Origin: Octopus sinensis
Lineage: Eukaryota
NCBI RefSeq assembly: GCF_006345805.1
Contig: NC_043000.1
Span: 20,522,001-20,586,000 of the forward strand
Length of the DNA stretch: 64,000 nt
Direction: 5' to 3'
The notes beneath the pieces were generated by a model, which saw only the letters and a program-made list of their open reading frames with translations, ran no database searches and was not told where the DNA came from. Shown in pieces: positions 36,871-51,644 of this stretch; the first letter of the stretch is position 1; every line of letters begins with the position of its first letter. The position numbers and the translations under genes were made by a program.

Positions 36871-37463
36871 GTACAAGGACGACCAAAGGAGTTAAAGGTG
36901 TCAAAGGAAGCCCTGGACATTTGGCAGTCAGCATTTTTTATCTTCATAAAAAGTCCATTAAAAAATTCAGCATACCTTACGAGAGAAAGAACTATGAACT
37001 GAACATTTATCCACTACTGGCCAATCTCTTTAGTGGACATATTAACATCAAGTTAGATGACAAGCTTGAGGTAGCCGAGCACATCGCTGTGGCCTTTGCA
37101 GTCGGATTGCTTCATGTCCTCTGTCAACCTCACCCGAAAGGATGGAACCCTCAACTTGCTGCAGTATCTTCACAAAACTCAGCGAAAATTTCACAGGAAT
37201 TCGTGCCTTCTGAAAACATGGTTTTGGTTCAAGCTGGTGGTTATCATGTAGACACACCTTCAAACTATTATTACTCTCAGAACAATGTGTCTTGTATGTC
37301 AGCTGGCTGTGGATGTGGAGATCTTGGAATTAGCGACCTTGGCTGCATTGATGGATCAGGCGGTTGTGGTGGGTGTGGTGGATGTGGCGGTTGTGGTGGG
37401 TGTGGGGGCTGTGGAGGCTGTGGTGGTGGTTGTGGTGGTGGCTGTGGAGGATGTGGGGGGTGA
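36871..37463 (+). CDS. GRDP-like gene, terminal coding exon with Gly/Cys tail
   Basis: TTCCTTTTAG acceptor; phase 1 matches exon 3 (G+GT = Gly). Contains HIAVAFAVGLLHVLCQP and the GGCGGC tail; TGA stop. Spliced CDS is 2271 nt = 756 aa. Confidence 0.88.
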
Positions 37464-40316
37464 ACGGTGTAAAGCATGCTTATCACTTACAATCAGAACA
37501 TCACATAAATATGTCAACACATATGTACACACACATACACACTTTCACGTATATAGAAGTATATACACAATATGTGTGAAGAGCATTATGTTATTTACAT
37601 TTTCCTATATGTACGTTTTGGTGAATGTACGCGTGATCTAGGAATCTCATATCTCTATGAATGGACTTATGTTTACATACGCACAACATGCACGCACACA
37701 CACACACACACATATGAGGATGAATGATCGATTTAGTTAACAATGAAGTTTGTAAATGCCAATAACAACATATTTCCAAAATTGCACTTAAGATTTATTC
37801 TGAGATCATGCAATCCTGAAATACTTATATTTTGTTAGTTTACCGTTTACCATCTTCTAGGTATTTATTTCCAAACAGCAGTAAAGTCTCTGCAATGTCT
37901 TTTCATTTTTACTGTAGTGATTCTACCTAAGAAATGAATGCAAAGAAACCATCCAACGTTTCTGCATAACACTTGTGACATTCACTCTAAAGTGCAATTA
38001 TGATAATTAGCATTAAAGAGCATAAAGGTTAAAAATAGAATTATTTTTGCTAAAGTTTTTCATGTTTGCTCACTGAGTCATTAAGGAGATGATATATTTG
38101 ATCGTTAAATTGTTGTTGTTGTTAAGGTCCATTTCAGCTCTGCTTGAGCAAACCTATGATCAAAGGCATTCCAACTATGACATCCTGTCTTTTTATATAT
38201 ACTGTATTGCACACTATGTATCCTTCTCTATGTAAAGCTGTGAGATAAGATGTGATTCAAGAGAGATTTCACTGCTATTTCTAAAATGTCAAGCAGCATT
38301 GTAGAGGCTCATTTACTTGTTAGGTTGTTATTGTTGTCATCATCATGAATATTGCAGCAACCACTGGCCTTATTTGTCATTTCCTTTCAATTATTAAAAT
38401 ATATATCAATGTTTCTAATTAGATGTTAGTGTAAGCAGACAAAAACAGGTATGATTTGATGTTTTATTGGGAATAACTTTTTCAATCATATAGGATGTCA
38501 CAGGATCTATAATGCTATTATTTTTGCGTAAGAAGATCATATTGCATTTGGAGTTACAGAAGGTCTTCATGGCCTTTGTAGTTATGTGCCTTGTGGGAAT
38601 GGATTAGCTTTAAATTGTCATTAAGACACTTTTTGTACCACCCTTAAAGTCTGCAATTCTCATCCAAACAGCTGATAGCTCCTCACTTATGCCTTATTCT
38701 TCCCAAAGTTTAAAACTAAGGCTGTTCATGGGGCCTATCTGTAAGTGACTTTGAATGAAAATTGGATTCTTTTTCTTCTTCTTTATAGTTTAGTCTCTTT
38801 TGAAGTAAGGATCATCATTGTTTAACTTCTACTTTCCATGCTAGCATGGGTTGGACTCCCATCTTTGGTGAAATTCATGGATGCATAGCTCTTAAGTGTT
38901 GAAGTTGATGTAGAGAAAAGATTATATGTAGGTAATGTAGATGCATTCATTTCTGGTAAGTTTTAACTACACTCATAAACCCTTCTCATTCAACAAAAAG
39001 ATAGGACTTAATCTATTTATTGAAATGTCAAAATGTTTTTCTGGTTGTCTGAGACAGCTTCATCCTTTTTGACTGAATAATTAACAACCAACTCATATCT
39101 GCTTCTGGCTGAGGCATCCATGGATGGTCTGTTGTTTGTTCTTTTTGTATTAAAAATGTACAAAATAAGGGCTTTGCTCACCACCTTTGCAGTCATCTTG
39201 TCCTCCATAAAAGTGAAACTGAAGCAGCCAGTCTCCAGTTTGAATAGTTGTTGGTAAATAGCTGCAGGGAAAATATGGGTGAGGAGGGAACCATAATTTA
39301 CATACTTTGCAGTGAGCTGGCAGAATCATTAGCTAATTGGATGAAATACTTAGAGGCATTTCTTTCAGCTCTTTACATTCTTAATTCAAATGAGGTCTGA
39401 TCTGCCTTTCATCCTTTTTGTGGGTTTGATTAAATAAGTACTAGAATTAATTACATTACGTGCCCTCTCCTCTGAAATAACTGGCCTTGTGCCATAATTA
39501 GAAAGAATTATTATTATTATTAATGTGGCAAGCTGGCAGAGTTGTTATACTTTAACGGCATTTCATCCATCTTTACATTCTGAATATAAATTCCACTGGG
39601 GTAGACTTTACCTTTCATCCTTTCAGAATCAATAGCACTAGAGTCGATGTATTCAACTTACCTCATACCCTAAAATTGCTGGCTTTGTGCCAAAATTTGA
39701 AACCATTATTATTATCATCATTATCATTATACTAGTGCATGCTAATTTAGTCAGTAGGTATTTTGTCTAAATCTCAAGAATCTTCCTTAGGTTTCTTGCA
39801 GAATATAGGATTATTATTATTATTAAAGAATAGCAGATTCAATAGAGTGTTGAACAAAATGCCTTGCAGTATTAGTTTATATCCTTTCATATTGTAAGTT
39901 CATCCCTCTAGTATCAATAAAATGTGTACCGGTAATATTCTGAGAGACTATTCAATCAAGTACTGATATATGTTAACACACGTTATAAACCATAAAAATA
40001 GCCTAACAGATCCACAATCCTTCATATATATATATATATATATTCTGAAATATATTTATAAATATATGTATAAATATTTATATATATAAATATATATAAA
40101 TATATGTATATATATTCATATATATAAATATATGAATAAATATTTATATATATATATATAAATATTTATATAATATATTTATATAAATATTTATATATAT
40201 ATAAATATTTCGTTTTGGGATTTGGTTTGCAAGATTCTTTATGTGAGTTCATGTGTTGAAGCATATTCTGTTGTGTCTGGGGAGAGACATTTTCTTTTTG
40301 TACCTTATAGTCAAGT

Positions 40317-40353
40317 CTATTGAAAAGGTTGCAAGACGCAACGAAAATTTTAG
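40317..40353 (+). ncRNA. Degenerate hammerhead-like motif
   Basis: CUA-UUGAAAA-G-GUUGC(AAGAC)GCAAC-GAAAA-UUU-UAG. Stems are retained but the core is mutated. Confidence 0.3.
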
Positions 40354-41129
40354 GAAAATAAAATTAAGAAATAAGTGGAAATTTTACCGGTGAGTGTGTT
40401 AAATTATAAGGCACAAAAAGAAAATGACTCTCCCCAGACACAACAGAATATATATAAATATATGTATAAATATTTATATATATATAAATATATGTATAAG
40501 TATTTATATATATAAAGATATATAAATCTATATATATATGTATTCTGAAATATATTTACAAATGTAAGCATATTTATATTTACAGGTTATTTATATATCA
40601 TATCTGTTATTAAGAATTTCATAGTTCCTTCTCAAATTACTCTCACATTTCAGGAGTAATTAGTAGTCAGGTTGTCTGTGAGAGATTTTATTCTTTTGCA
40701 CGTTCTTGTTTTCACTGTTCCTAAGGTGTTACAGTTCTTGAATTCATTGCTTTATACAATTTAATCTCTCCCTCTTTCTCCCCTCCTCCTCCTCCTGCTC
40801 CCCTTAATTGTTGTTCCTCTCTATTCCACATAACATTACCTGAAAGGTTCTTTATACTGCCTTTGCTATCACAACATCAAGCAAATTTACAACATTTTGT
40901 CCATGGCATCATTATCATTATGGCATTTCAAAGAAAGGCAACATTTTCTTCAAGACATTTAATGCCAGTGGAGAGCTTTGTGTGCTTTATAAGTTCAAGT
41001 ATAAATGTTCGGCTGCCTTGTTGCTGTTGCCATTATTGCTGTTCAGCCCTAGGACAGCTGTGATCAAATATAACAATGATCAAACACATTCTATCGTGAC
41101 CATATAGTATATATATTTTTTTTTTAGAT

Positions 41130-41500
41130 AAGCGTAGGAGTGGCTGTGTGATAAGTAGCTTGCTTACGAACCTCACGGTTCTGGGTTCAGTCCCACTGCG
41201 TCTTCTACTATAGCCTCGAGTCAACCAAAGCCTTGTGAGTGGATCTGGTAGACAGAAACTGAAAGAAACCCATTGTATATATGTGTGTGTGTGTGTATGT
41301 TTGTGTGTCTGTGTTTGTCCCCCCAACATCACTTGACAACCGATGCTAGTGTGCTTACATCCCCATAACTTAGTGGTTCGGTAAAAGAGACCGATAGAAT
41401 AAGTACTAGGCTTACAAAGAATAAGTCCTTGGATCAATTTGCTCGACTAAAGGCAGTGCTCCTGCATGGCCACAGTCAAATGCCTGAAACCAATAAAAGA
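41130..41500 (+). mobile_element. SINE family A
   Basis: Colinear with 7812-8212; small deletion. Confidence 0.8.
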
Positions 41501-42311
41501 GATATTCTATGTTATGGATAACACCTAGAAGAAGGTGTTTCTTTTCCACTCACCAAAGTGAATGGCGCTTTGACCAGATGGTATCCAATGACCAAGTGTT
41601 TTGACCCTGAAACATAACACTCCCCAATTAGTGGGTCAGCAGTTGGTGGCTTGCACCTTAACTCTTCTCTCTTGCTCCCTAACCAGCAAGAGGCTTTTCC
41701 TGTTGTCTCTCCCACCCTGCACACAACCACCCTTCACACGTTTCCTCTCATTTAAGCATCCATTTAAGCATCCTCCATTGCATATTTTTTTAATCAAATC
41801 TAGGGTATGATTTGAGGGACATTTAGTTGCCATGTCTAATGAGTTGAGCAACCATAGAGATGTCTCTCCTTTCCCATTGCCAGTTGTCCCCTTAGGCATT
41901 CAGTTCTAGTATGCACTGCACCTCCTGCAGCCCCATGATCTGTTGTCTCAATAAATTGCCTTTCCAAGTTACACTTAATCCATCACCTGGCTTGATTATC
42001 TAGTTCAGAGATGCCTTTATCAAGGTTTATTCTGTTGTGGCCATTCAAAATAGGTTTCATGCCTGAAGGTAACTTCCTCCTTTCCTTCCACCAGTGTCGT
42101 AGACCCTGAAAAATCCACAAGCACTGCCCTTCCCCCTCTTACTAAGCAATAAAACTACATAAATAAAAGAGTGTTGGGATTGACTTGAAGCATTGCAGGA
42201 TGTAAAAATAAAGATTTGTAAAATTTTTAAGAAATGTAGACAAAGCATTTATCAAAGCCTGTAAGATGATATCAATTTACAAAATAGTAAAAATATTGTA
42301 TAACCTTACAT

Positions 42312-42477
42312 AGGTGTAGGAGTGGCTGTGTGGTAAGTAGCTTGTTTACCAACCACATGGTTCCGAGTTCAGTCCCACTGCATGGCACCTTGGGTAAGTG
42401 TCTTCTACTATAGCCTCGGGCCAACCAAAGCCTTGTGAGTGGATTTGGTAGACGGAAACTGAAAAAAGCCCGTCGTA

Positions 42478-42521
<44 letters not shown>

Positions 42522-42710
42522 GGTGTGTGTGGGGGGGCATATGTTTGTGTGTTTGTCCCCCCAACATCGCTTGACAACCGATGCTGGTGTGTTTTACGTT
42601 GCCGTAACTTAGCGGTTTGGCAAAAGAGACCAATAGAATAAGTCCTGGGGTCAATTTGCTCGACTAAAGGCGGTGCTCCAGCATAGCCACAGTCAAATGA
42701 CTGTAACAAA
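42312..42710 (+). mobile_element. SINE family A
   Basis: Colinear with 7812-8212. Confidence 0.85.
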
Positions 42711-43456
42711 GAGTAGAATAGATTATTACATAATCCTGCAATATTTCAGGATAAATCTCCTTTTGAAATAAAAGAAAGGAAATAATCAAAGGATCTGGAC
42801 AAAAGGGGAATTATCTTGAAGTATGATGGAATTATTATTATTATTATTATACAACATATGAATGGTAATACAATAAGTACGGCATTTAGAGTCTCCTGGT
42901 GTTTGTTGGATTGTCTTCTTGTTCTGTTTGCTGTTCAGGTATTCACTTGCATGTGGTACCTGGTTTTCATTCTTGGCTTTAACCATTCCATTTCACTGAC
43001 GTTACTTATAATCTTGTAAGTAGTATATCCGCTGAAGCTTTCTTCCCCCTATGGAAATCAATATTCTCTGTAATTATCCTAACAAAGCTGGTATAAATAT
43101 TATAAGGTATTTTGTCTTGCACTCCAATGCTTCTACCAATCTGCTATTACTACTATTACTAATAATAAGTACTGCCCACATCCTTAGAAAAACCCTGTCC
43201 ATTTAAATGTCTGTGTTGTATTACATGAAGATATTTCACTACCCCCACTCCCAAAGCTTTCAGTCATATTGCAACATTTCTTATCCTTCGCTCACCCCAG
43301 GACGGTGGGTGTGTCTTGGCAAGTGACTGTAACAAAGATGCAGATTAAAAGTAAAAATAATAATAATAATGATAAGTGATGATGATGATGATATTCATAA
43401 CTTAAGTAGAAGGCCACAAATTTGTAAGAGGGATGGCAGAATAAGTTTGTTGAAAA

Positions 43457-43672
43457 AGGCGGCAAGCTGGCAGAAATGGCACACCGGGCAAAATGCTTAG
43501 CAGTATTTCGTCTGCCATTACATTCTGAGTTCAAATTCCACCAAGGTCGACTTTGCCTTTCATCCTTTCGGGGTCGATAAATTAATTACCAGTTACGCAC
43601 TGGGGTCAATGTAATCAACTTAACCCCTTTGTCTGTCCTTGTTTGTCCCCTTGTGGGCAATAAAGAAATAAG
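43457..43672 (+). mobile_element. SINE family B
   Basis: GGCGGCAAGCTGGCAGAA..GAGTTCAAATTCC; flanked by AGAATAAGTTTGTTGAA repeats. Further copies near 759, 2553, 2800, 4097, 21607, 33755, 35452, 39310, 39525 and 56195. Confidence 0.85.
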
Positions 43673-44247
43673 AATAAGTTTGTTGAATCAACTCTAGTAT
43701 AAAACTAGAACAACAAATATGAGCCAACAAAGGGAAACTCTACATGGTTACATGACCTGCTTGAAACAGCAGCCAAACCACCCTTAAATCACTTCTTCCT
43801 ACTGTCTCATAAGCAGAAAGTACACACTATTTAATGTAGACTGGGACACATTGAGAATTGAGAAACAAAATAGTTATAGCTGGAATGATTCCATTTGGGT
43901 TTGCTCAATCATACAGACCTGTTGACAACAACAACAACAACAACAAAACTAGCACTAATTATAATAGAAATAATTGTTTCTAACATTTAACAACTATTTT
44001 AGATAACGTAGTAGTAATTACAACTATTTCTGGCAAAACTCTCAGATTTTTAAATGGTATTTTTACATATCAAAAAATTGGCAAAATTCTTCACCTTCAA
44101 TGAAATTTAGCATGCAATATTTCCTAATTAGATACGAAACTAAAAACTAAATTACCTTTCCCAAAGGTACATTAGTATAACTTCAATAGGAAAACAAACC
44201 CTTGGCCTTATCCTATTCACTGTTTCATCAGTTGTTGACATAACATA

Positions 44248-44645
44248 GGTGCAGGAGTGGCTGTGTGGTAAGTAGCTTGCTTACCAACCACATGGTTCCT
44301 GGTTCAGTTCCACTATGTGACACCTTGGGCAAGTGTCTTCTACTATAGCCTCGAACCAACCAAAGCATTGTGAGTGGATTTGGTAGATGGAAACTGAAAG
44401 AAGCCTGTCATATATATATATATATATATATGTATATGTGTGTGTATGTTTGTGTGTCTGTGTTTGTCCCCTAACTTCGCTTGACAATGCTGGTGTGTTT
44501 ACGTCCCCCGTAACTTAGCAGTTCGGCAAAAGAGACTGATATAGTAAGTACTAGGCTTACAAAGAATAAGTCCTGGAATCGATTTGCTCGACTAAAGGCA
44601 GTGCTCCAGCATGACCACAATCAAATGACTGAAACAAGAAAAAGA
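44248..44645 (+). mobile_element. SINE family A
   Basis: Colinear with 7812-8212. Confidence 0.85.
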
Positions 44646-44900
44646 GAGATGTGATTTTAAATTCTGAACTATGGAGCAATATGTTAGTCTATAATTGATA
44701 TTTAGTGTCATTGCTTTAAGACTTTCAAACAAATACACTTTTAGCAAGAAAATATTTGAGAAAAATATTTAAATTTAGAGATATTAGTCATAAGGCAGAT
44801 GTATGTATGCATGTATTGCTGCTGCTACTGCTGCTGCTGGACTCTCCCTCATCACTTTGACAATGAGGGTTCAGTGTGACTCAGCATCAGTGTTCTTTAA

Positions 44901-45114
44901 GCCTTTCGTTACCAACCCAGCTGAAACCGGCTCTGAGTACAAATGTCTTGCTTTCATAAGTTTTGAATTAAAATCTTCGATCAAACCTTAGTCACAATTT
45001 ATGTTCCTATCACGAGCTTAATGATAACTAAGTATTTTTACTAAATTCTTTGTTATATTTAAAGTAATTAAAAGAAACACAGAGCATCTCAAAATAAATA
45101 CAGTAACAAAAGGG
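44901..45114. mobile_element. piggyBac-like MITE (same family)
   Basis: TTAA on both sides; near-identical to 59650-59857. Confidence 0.85.
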
Positions 45115-48100
45115 TTAATGTTTGTCCTATCTTTGAACTTATGAAGAACATGTGATGGTGTTGGTGCTGCAACCAGCACAATGATTATTATTATAGTGGG
45201 CAAGGTTTGTGCAGAGTCAGTCCCATTCTCTCGTCTTCCAAACTTGTATTGGTCTGGTACAAGTGCCACGAACCCAGTAGTTGTTAGGGTGCAGGATCTG
45301 TATTGAGTTACCTTCTCTTAGACAAGCGGCTAAAGAGCTGAAGAGCTTCTTCTTCCCTAGGTCTGTTGGGTGAGTGTGAGCGACCTTCTTATAGAGACAA
45401 TTCCATGACCACTGGGACCCCGTGAGGGGCTACTACCTGTGGTCACAATAGACCTAGGAACAATAATGGCTAAAAAAAAAACGGTTCCATATTCCTCAAA
45501 ACCCCAGACCTGAATCAGGTCTCCACTACTGGATGCAGTTTAAAGATATACACATGCACATACATGTATGTATGTATGCATATATAGAAAGAGAGGCAGG
45601 GCATTTTTTAGTAAAACAGCTCTTTGTTACACGTTTCTATTTTTTTTAAAGTTAAGGTTGGTTTGGAACTCTAGTGATTAATATAATACAGATAATTTGG
45701 TAGTAATGAGGGGTTTTTTTAGCAACTTTTTTTAAAAAGAAACGCCTTGCGAACAACCTACAAATTCAAAATAATAATAATATTGACTAATTTTTGTCAT
45801 TTATTCTGGAATATTAATAGCTCAAATTTTCATATAGTTTATCTGAGACAATGAATGGGGAAATCTTATGACTTTAAAGCACTACAATAAATGCAGATGA
45901 AACTGATATTGCAGGGATTCGTGCTGACTGATTTATTAGGATCTAAAATTAGATATTACAAGTTGAACTACAGAAAATGACAGAAAAGATTTTATAGAAG
46001 AAATATTGAGCAAAATACATTGTTAAAATAATGATAAAAATATTTTATAAAAAAGTAATAAACTTTAAACTTCTCAAGTTAAAAAGCAATATATTTCTTG
46101 GTATTTAAATACTTAACAGACGTTTTAGTAAATGTAAACTAAGAATGAATGGAAACACATTAATTACTGTTTTAACAACTCATTATAACAATAATTTGAT
46201 AATAGCCAATATGAATCTAATTATACATCTAATTATTTTCTTGAAAATTTAATTCATATTTCACATATTCACTTATATATATATGTACACACACATACAT
46301 ACATACATACACATATATGCATATTTAAATGTGTGTTGTGTGTATTACATCAACTCATACTTATGTGTATCATATTTACATATATATTATTGTGTTTTTA
46401 CATCTACATACATATATGTATTACACCATATATGTATTACATATATGTATTACCCCCAACAAATATATTATTATGTGCAAAATAACCTTTAAAATTTCAT
46501 GGCTGAAAAGCAAACCCACTGTTCATTTGTTGAAAACGACCCCCTTTGGCATATTTAAAAGCGGGTTTCAAATTTGATGTTCTTCCAAAATTTTTGTTAT
46601 TAGTTGGTTGTCTTTCATTTAACAACCTCTGTTGGTAACTAATTCCAGTTTTTATGTATTTTATTCAAAACTTGTTTGCTGCTTTGTAAGCTGGTTGCAT
46701 TGCTTCTACAATAACTTATGTAAACAACCTCTTAAGACTGGTGGAATTCTAAGATTCCTTGTTTGTTGAGGTTGGTTTTCCTGTTATCATTTTATAGTCA
46801 TTTATCTTCTGTCTGTGGAAAACTGAAAGCAACAAGCGCCTTAAGTCTGGCCTCATATGGCAGATGTAAATTAACTGTGTGAATATGCATTACATTTACA
46901 TGTGTGCTATATTTATAATATTTACACATTATGTTAACATGTATGTATATGATCTGTCTCTACTCATATATTTCCCTCTGTGTGTGTACTACATGCACCA
47001 CATCTTCATTAACCTTAATGTGTGTACATTAACCGTGATACATCAACAAATTTTAATCATCTACAATAGCATTAATCATTTGTTTACTGTGTGTATATAT
47101 ATATTATATATATATACATACATATATTATATATATACTTATATATGTATGTATATACATATATATATTATATATATACTTATATATGTATGTATATACA
47201 TATATTATATATATATATATGCAGTGGGTCATGGGTATGAAAACAACATTTTGGTTCTGAGAGTCTAAAAAGAAAATTATATAAGAATCCTCTAATATCA
47301 TATTAGCATATTAAAAATAAATTCCAATATATTTCCCAAATTTGAAGCTAATTCTCTTGAAATTCTATCTCACTTTTTTGTAAAGCTTCATGAATTTTAT
47401 TAATTAATTACTATTTTTTTTGTTTGCAGAAATTACTCATTTTGCTTTAAATATTTTCAAAAGAAATTTCATACATCTGAACTTATTTGTTTTTATTTTG
47501 TTTACTTTTTTTCTGTCATTCAAAATTTCAAAATATCCGAATATTCATAACAAAGGATTCTATAATTTTTTTCTACACTTTTTAAAGTTAGTTTTTTATT
47601 TTTCAAATTTTATTTCTTTCAATACGGTGAGTTTACTTTGAAATTAGGTGAAAGTAAATTTTATATTCACAAAGTAAAAGGATAAACTTCACCAAGATAA
47701 AATTTTGGCATTGGTTATCTCAGAGTTTCCGCAAGAAATGTATCTGTACCAATTGTTGCTGATTAAATAATTTTCTTTCTTTTTTTTTTTTTCCTTTCCC
47801 AAGTCAAACCATTTCGCTTCATTGAAAAATTATCTACATGAGCAGGTGATGATATGCAACAGCATGAAATGACATGCAGTGACATGCAATAATTTTGCCA
47901 CAATGTTTCAACATTTTGTGAGATTTAAAAACTGAAATATAACAACATGTATCTACAAACAGTCGATGAATAAAGACACATTTGGAGACTAAATGAGAAG
48001 GAACAAGACTATTTATTCAAAATTACAAATAAATCCCAAGTTGTTTATTGTGCACTGCTGTAAGTAGGTATGCAGCACTGTACACCGTGATATGTATATA

Positions 48101-48589
48101 TATATATATATATATATAAAAGAGTACAAAGCATATCTATATAAACATATATGATTATTATTATTATAACCCTGGAAAAACTCTTTGGCAATATATATTG
48201 AATTGTATTATAGCTGCAACATGCAAAAGCAATCAATACATTTTCCCACCTCTCAGGCTGGATATTAAGTTGGAATTCGGTTCCGGGAAATTTCACGGAG
48301 ATTTAGCAAAGAATTTGAGTTAAAATGAGATAAATATCAGGTTCTATGGCAGTTTTCAGTGGATGTTCATCATATTTAATTTGATATTGAAATTCTGAAA
48401 ATTCATGTATTTCAAAACACAAACTGAGAATAAATTATGCAACTGAATTAAATTAAAAGTTACTTTCATTTTAAAAAGAAACGATACGCAAAGAATAACC
48501 TGAAAAAAAAAATCACTTATTAAAATCACAAATATACTACATAAAATAATACTTACGCTTTTGCAAAATTTACTGCTGAAAAAATATGA

Positions 48590-49183
48590 ATATGTGTGTA
48601 TCTATATATATATTATATATATATATATATTTACATGTATATATCTATAATATATATGTGTATATCTATAATATATATGTATATATTTATATACATATAT
48701 ATTCATATATACATATGTAGTTATATATCTTTATATACATACATATATATGCGTGTATACATACATGCATGTGTGTGTGTATTCACATGCACACACACAT
48801 ATATATACATATAATATAGATATGTAGACATAATATTTATATATATATATATACATATCTGTATGTATGTGTGTATATATGTATGTATACACACATGCAT
48901 TATGTGATAAATTTTATATCTAACTGTTGTTATCAAAAACAACATTGGCAGCTTGGATGGCTTTACAATACTACAAAATATTAATTATGTAATACGAACC
49001 GTAACAAAACTTCTTAGCTTTTGTACATATATATGTGAATATACACACATACATGTATGTACATGTATATATATGTGTGTGTATGAGTGCATATGTAAAT
49101 ATATGTGTGCGTGTATGTACATATATATATTTACACATGTGTGTGTGTATATATATATATCTATATCTATATATATATATATC

Positions 49184-49223
<40 letters not shown>

Positions 49224-51290
49224 TGCAAGTACATATACATATGCATATATATGTGTGTATTTGCATGTGTGTATATACACAGACATCTCAAAAGTAAACA
49301 GGCATCATTATTTTTGATGCATACTTGAAGCTCTATGTAGTGTTTGCACAGATAAAACAGTATCACATTGGGTGTCTATTTACTCTTAAGATATATGTGT
49401 ATATAATTATGTGTGTTTATATATGTATATATATGCATGTGTGTGTATGTATATATATATATATGGGTGTGTGCATATGTATATATGTATGTAGATACAT
49501 ATATATATATATATGCATGTGTGTATGTATTTATGTATGTATCTATGTATTTATATATATGTATGTATATATGTATGTATATATATATATATCTATATGT
49601 ATATATGTATCTATATGTATGTATATATATATATATCTATATGTATGTATATATATATATATCTATATGTATATATGTATCTATATGTATGTATATATAT
49701 GTATCTATATGTATATATGTATCTATATGTATGTATATATATGTATCTATATGTATGTATATATATGTATCTATATGTATATATATATATCTATATGTAT
49801 ATATGTATCTATATGTATGTATATATATGTATCTATATGTATGTATATATATGTATCTATATGTATAATATATTATATGTATATATGTATCTATATATGT
49901 ATGTATATATATCTATATGTATATATGTATGTATATATATCTATATGTATATATGTATCTAATATATATATGTATGTACATATGTATCTATATATATATA
50001 TGTATGTACATATGTATCTATATATATATATGTATGTACATATGTATCTATATATATATATGTATGTACATATGTATCTAATATATATATGTATGTTATA
50101 TGTATCTAATATATATATGTATGTAATATGTATCTATATATATATGTGTATATAGTATCTATATATATATGTATGTATGTATATATGTATCTATATATAT
50201 ATGTATGTATGTATATATGTATATATGTATCTATATATATATGTATGTATGTATATATGTATCTATCTATCTATCTATATATATATATATATGTATGTAT
50301 ATATGTATCTATCTATCTATCTATATATATATATATATGTATGTATGTATATATGTATCTATATGTATGTATGTATATATGTATCTATATATATGTATGT
50401 ATATATGTATCTATATATATGTATGTATATATGTATCTATCTATATATATATATATATGTATGTATATATGTATGTATATATGTATCTATCTATATATAT
50501 ATATGTATATATGTATGTATATATGTATCTATCTATATATATATATGTATATATGTATGTATATATGTATCTATCTATATATATATATGTATATATGTAT
50601 GTATATATGTATCTATCTATATATATATATGTATGTATATATGTATCTATATATATATATATATGATGTATATATGTATCTATCTATATATTATATATGA
50701 TGTATATATGTATCTATATCTATATATATATTGTATGTATATATGTATGTGTATATATGTATGTGTATATATGTATGTATATATATGTATCTATATATGT
50801 ATCTATATATATGTATCTCTATATATGTAATGTATGTATATGTGTATATATGTATATGTATGTATATGTGTATATATGTATATGTATGTATATGTGTATA
50901 TATGTATATGTATGTATATGTGTGTATATGTATATGTATGTATATGTGTATATATGTATATGTATATGTATATGTATATAATAGTATATATATATGTGTA
51001 TGTATTGTATATATATGTATATGTGTATTATATGTGTATGTATATATTATGTGTATATATGTATGTATATAGTATGTGTATATATATATGTATGTGTATA
51101 TATATGTATTGTTATATATGTATGTGTATATATGTGTTATGTATATGTGTATATATATGTGTATGTATATATATATGTGTATATATGTAGTGTATATATA
51201 TATGTGTTATATATATGTATGTATATATGTATGTATGTATATATGTATGTATGTATATATTATGTATGTATATATATATGTAATTATATA

Positions 51291-51322
<32 letters not shown>

Positions 51323-51342
51323 GTATGTAGATATATGTATGT

Positions 51343-51378
<36 letters not shown>

Positions 51379-51462
51379 TGTATGTATGTAATATATATGT
51401 ATTATATATATGTATGTATGTGTATGTATGTATATATATATTATGTATGTAATATATATATG

Positions 51463-51494
<32 letters not shown>

Positions 51495-51500
51495 TGTATG

Positions 51501-51540
<40 letters not shown>

Positions 51541-51608
51541 TGTATGTATGTATATATGTATGTATGTATATATGTATGTATATATGTATGTATGTATATA
51601 TGTATGTA

Positions 51609-51644
<36 letters not shown>

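Noticed and set aside
37277-37641. Pro-rich, Val-rich and Trp-rich ORFs
   Set aside because: Alternative frames or the antisense strand of the Gly/Cys tail.
41510-42220. Higher-GC non-repetitive segment with short ORFs
   Set aside because: No recognisable motif or consistent splice pair; probably an old transposon relic, but this cannot be supported.
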